52,370 nt of DNA from Reclinomonas americana ATCC 50394 (lineage: Eukaryota), in the NCBI GenBank assembly GCA_048213135.1, contig PS015098.1, positions 1 to 52,370 on the forward strand, read 5' to 3'. Shown here piece after piece: positions 48,559 through 52,370 of the stretch; the stretch's first letter is position 1, and every line of letters begins with the position of its first letter. The translations under genes and the position numbers were made by a program. The notes below the pieces were generated by a model. The model was not told the DNA's origin, did no database searches, and saw nothing but the letters and a program-made list of their open reading frames with translations.

Positions 48559-51500
48559 TTGACTGACTCATATGCGTGGGTACACCACCTGCCTCAGATG
48601 CTTCAGTTGGCTGAAAGCGCGTTGGGCAAAGCCTGTAAATGTGGCTTGCTTCCCTCCACGATAGGGGACTTCCGCAAAAAATTGCATTCTGACGACGCCG
48701 CAAAGCTCAATCGCAGAGGCGATGTGTTTTTTGGTGAGTGTGGTCTTGATGGCGGGGAATTGATGGTGCACGAAGGCTGGGCGTGTTGACTACGACATTG
48801 ACTTTGCATGCAGTGATGAGGAACAACAAGTGCTTGCTTGACGCATTGTCAGAAAAAAGCAAGCTTGAGTCTCTCGTGGATCTGTGCTACTTCAGGTGCC
48901 AGCTTCTCGACTGTGCGCGTAGGGGGGAACGTACGCGTGGTCTTTCCACAGCAACTAAGCTGAGTGTGGTGGCGGTGCTCTATCGTGTTGAGACGAGCCT
49001 GCGCCTTTTAGGCGTTGATGGCAACAACCGTAAAAGCATTAATCTTCCGGAGCGCTACTCGGGGCACAGCTCCTCTCATGCAGATGAATTCTGTGTCTTG
49101 TGCCTGAAAAGTTTCGTGTCGCAAGTACTAGTACTGTGCGTTCTGGTCTGTCTAAAGTTGCCTTACATTTGTTGTGTATTCATGCACGTGCACGCAGGCG
49201 TTAAAACGCTCATTGACAGCCACTCGTGGTCGGACTTTCTGCTATCGTTGCGCTACGTGGATGTAGTTTTGTTGAGCTGCCCACTGATTCTCAAGTCCGT
49301 TTGTTGCCCGACGCAGTCGATTGATCTTTGACGAAGAAGAAAGCTACGCCACTGGCCCGAGCGTTGTCGGATCTCTCCTGCAGACGGGACAAGCAGTGGG
49401 TCGAAGACCAAAACCCACTACGACTTCAGCTGCCTCGCCGTTCACGGCAAAACTCCTGTGCCGTGAATGTGAAAAATATCGCTCCGACAATTGCGAGAGT
49501 CCTCTGGGTGCTGCTTTCGCGCAGCTCCGGCAAACGTTCGGCCTGAATGCGGTGAAAAGGTCTGCATGTTTTGATGCTCGTATGACTACTCTTTTTTCTT
49601 TGCTAACGTCGACCGTCGTGATACGGCATCGAGAGTCGCGCTGGACTACCTGATTCTGTCGACCGCATTCCTGGAGCAATTACTGGACCCGGTCAACACG
49701 TTTGGTGACGGGCTGCAGACAGACTGTTTTGGGCTCGCATCAGCTCTCCGCGGGCGTCTGTGCCCTCCTGTCGGTGGCTCCTCTTCCGACCCCCTGCCCG
49801 ATCCACCATTCGTCACCGGCCTCTTTTATTGGCATCCGATTCCGAACATTGCTCTGTTCCAAAAGCTGGTGCAGCTGGTGTTCACCATGCCCTACCCACT
49901 TCCTGTTTTGCCACTGCATGTCTTGTTGGCAACCCCGAAGACCACAGTCAACTTCCATCCAAGAATGCCGTCAGCTACACCTGCCTGGAAGAGTACCTTT
50001 TTGGTACTCCACGCTGGTGCGCTCTCGATATTTGTGGTGTCTCAGGTAAATTACAAATCTGGATTGGAAGCAAGAAGCCTTTCGCCTGAACTTGACGTCA
50101 CAGGAGATTTATCAGGAGATCAACCGCTCTGACACGCAGACGTTGAAACCATATTCCGATGGAGTCCGGTGGCTGAATGCAAGTACTGAGGAAAATATTG
50201 ACATCTCCTTCGCCGACAAGTCAAGAGCCTTCCCCCTTGAAGTGGCCAAGGAGTTGCTGAAATTGCTGCGCTTGTTGCGTCTTCTCGTCCTTTTAACATC
50301 GCGTGGCCACTTCAGTTTCTACGTTGTTGAATCATTGTCTGTCATCCAGCAACGCGATTGTTCCGGTCCCGCAGCCCGCGGCCGGGCCCTGTCCGGATCC
50401 GCCGGAAGATCTTTTGTTTGGGCGCCTTCAGCACTCTGGCGAACATCGCTTGAACATCCATCCGGCTCGATGGCTGGCATGGTATGAGGAGATTCTGATT
50501 CGTTGGCCGATCGCTCAGAAAAGTGCCAAGTTCGCGGAGCATGTAACATGCTTGGCGAGTCTCGTCGTATCTCGTCCCCGTGCTCGATACATGTCGTCTC
50601 ACACACTGTTTATGCAGATGGACGGCATTAGAGAAAGACTTGATGTTGGGGTACACTTTGACATACCGACCCAGAGAGATACGGATCCATGTAGTGACTT
50701 ACTTGAAACCGTCGAGCAAGTGGATGAGGTTTGACGCGTGTGATGCTCTTCGACATGCGGCTCGTGTGTCTTTCATCGCTGACGTATCGTCTCCCCCAAC
50801 AGCGTCTGGGCTACATCAGGTTGATCAGATCGTGGCGAGATGCTTCTGGTGGCGCACATGTGTGAAGTCCTAGATTCCAAATGCGTCTTCGAATTCCTCA
50901 CTACTGTCGCACAGCTGTCGGCGACGATCGCGAACTGCGCATGCGTTACTGCTCGCTCGTCTGTGACGCAATGCCAACGTTCGAATTCACAAACTTAGTC
51001 GCTGCGGAGTGTGCAGATTACTGTACAAGTCTCCTCAAACTTCATTTTTTAACCCAGGTGAGCAATCTGAGCACTTGCTTAAGCTTCTGATCGACAACGA
51101 GCTGCTTGTTTGGCTGACACTAACAATAGGACAATGTGCATCAACTTCTTTGGCACTCTGCGCTATTGCGGCGTGCATTTGACCACTGCGTTGTGGCTGG
51201 CGACCAATGGCACAAAAGTCGCCGTCGCTGCCGGAAGGCTCTCTGTCGTGTTGCAAAACGCTTAAAGAGACAGCGATCACCGACCAGCGTCGTATTTCGC
51301 GCGATGCTCTGCTTTTGCTTGCGGTGTTGCGACCCAGATGAGCCCACGCGTAGATGCACGTATCCTTTGCCAAAGGAGGGATCGCAGGCACGTCGATTGT
51401 TTGACTTGCTCACAAGTGGTTGTCGTGTGTATGTACTGAATCTTGCCGCCCACAGATCATAGAGACTGAGGAGAACAAACACGAGATTCATGTCGTACGC

Positions 51501-51862
51501 TGTCTGTTGCAAAAATTGCGACGATGGTATGCCTTGTGGCGCCGGCGATCCAACAGCGAAGATCCGATGACGGACAAGCCGGTATGTCATGTGCATCTCT
51601 CGCAATAATGACCGAAGTCTGAGCGTGTTTGGGCCGGCATGCGCAGCTTCAGATATCACCACTTTATATCCAACTCCGACTGCACGAGCATCCTGCTTCT
51701 GGGCGCAACTTGGAGCAACTGTTGGAGCAGGTGTTTCTTTTACCGCGTCTGTGTGCTAAGTTGTCGTTCACTTGCCCACTGCGTTTCGATACAGGTTTTC
51801 GAGTTCTTCACGGACTGCAGGTGCACAATCAAGTGACCAGTTTGTTCTGTGTGGCAGCGTGA
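48559..51862 (+). pseudogene. Fragmented coding-like region (decayed large gene or mobile element cargo)
   Basis: Chain of + strand helical, Leu/Cys-rich ORF pieces in shifting frames with stops; microsatellite-free; composition unlike neighbouring genes; no family motif recognised. Confidence 0.3.
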
Positions 51863-52038
51863 GTTGCACTGGTCCTCTCAATGTATACTTTCGAATTGTG
51901 AGGGAATAGTGGGCTGATTGTAGACTGTAGAGCTTCCACCACAAGGCAGATGTTAGGAGAGGAGAGGCATGATAGAGTTGATCACTGCGTTGACACATGA
52001 ACAACTGCACATGCGACTGCTTATAGACTGTATCCCTC

Positions 52039-52170
52039 TCTCACTGTGTGGCCACCGGTCAGTGGCCGTCACAGTGTTTAAACATGTTGTTGGTGTTGTT
52101 GTTGTCATTGTTGTCGCAGCAGTGATTGCAAGCACTGTGACAGCCACTGACCGGTGGCCGCACAGCGAGA
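52039..52170. repeat. 40 bp inverted repeat with 52 nt spacer (hairpin/MITE-like)
   Basis: 52039-52078 vs reverse complement of 52131-52170 match at 36/40; each arm is itself palindromic. Confidence 0.9.
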
Positions 52171-52370
52171 AACAAGAGTACTGATCATGAGGGTTGTAGA
52201 CGACGTTAACCAGATGTACAAACACAGTGTACCATCATCAGCGACAACTACTCAACTACACCTCAGCTCCTTCCCGGACTACTTGCACATTGCCTGGCTT
52301 CGTTGGGTTTTCCTATGTGTTCTGACACCAACACCTCTTGCTATCTAACAACAACAAATTCATTCACCAA

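Noticed and set aside
52042-52167. Functional RAG/Transib recombination signals
   Set aside because: Heptamers are present, but no nonamer at 12/23 spacing, 5 bp TSD or transposase is seen nearby.

Overview
Draft eukaryotic (protist-like) scaffold with short GT-AG introns, many (CT)n/(GT)n microsatellites and numerous N gaps; no prokaryotic operons or CRISPR arrays seen. In order, it holds: a weak B-box/coiled-coil gene; a 6-8 kb tandem duplication carrying two divergent importin-7/8-like genes, the left copy with an extra ~1.6 kb insertion; a low-complexity tail-anchored protein with a PAM2-like motif; the 5' part of a cytosolic Hsp70; a WD40 gene head-to-head with a HADHB/FadI-type thiolase carrying a PTS2-like N-terminus; a compact, apparently intronless cGAS/DncV/OAS-like nucleotidyltransferase (CD-NTase/SMODS motifs) lying ~107 bp downstream of a hydrophobic ORF fragment; tRNA-Gly(GCC); a Fuzzy-like tri-longin gene; a RING-B-box-coiled-coil (TRIM-like) gene; a second, ACAT1/Erg10-type thiolase; a hypothetical gene; a 2.2 kb TIR element; a decayed coding-like region; and a nested hairpin. 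Several gap-bounded contigs are mis-oriented (6134-7860, 7881-8881, 25441-25648, 30555-31500), so apparent inversions and strand switches there are most likely assembly artefacts. The best candidate for an undescribed system is the CD-NTase locus (29548-31360). All family calls come from motif recognition by eye; no searches were run, and exon boundaries are approximate.
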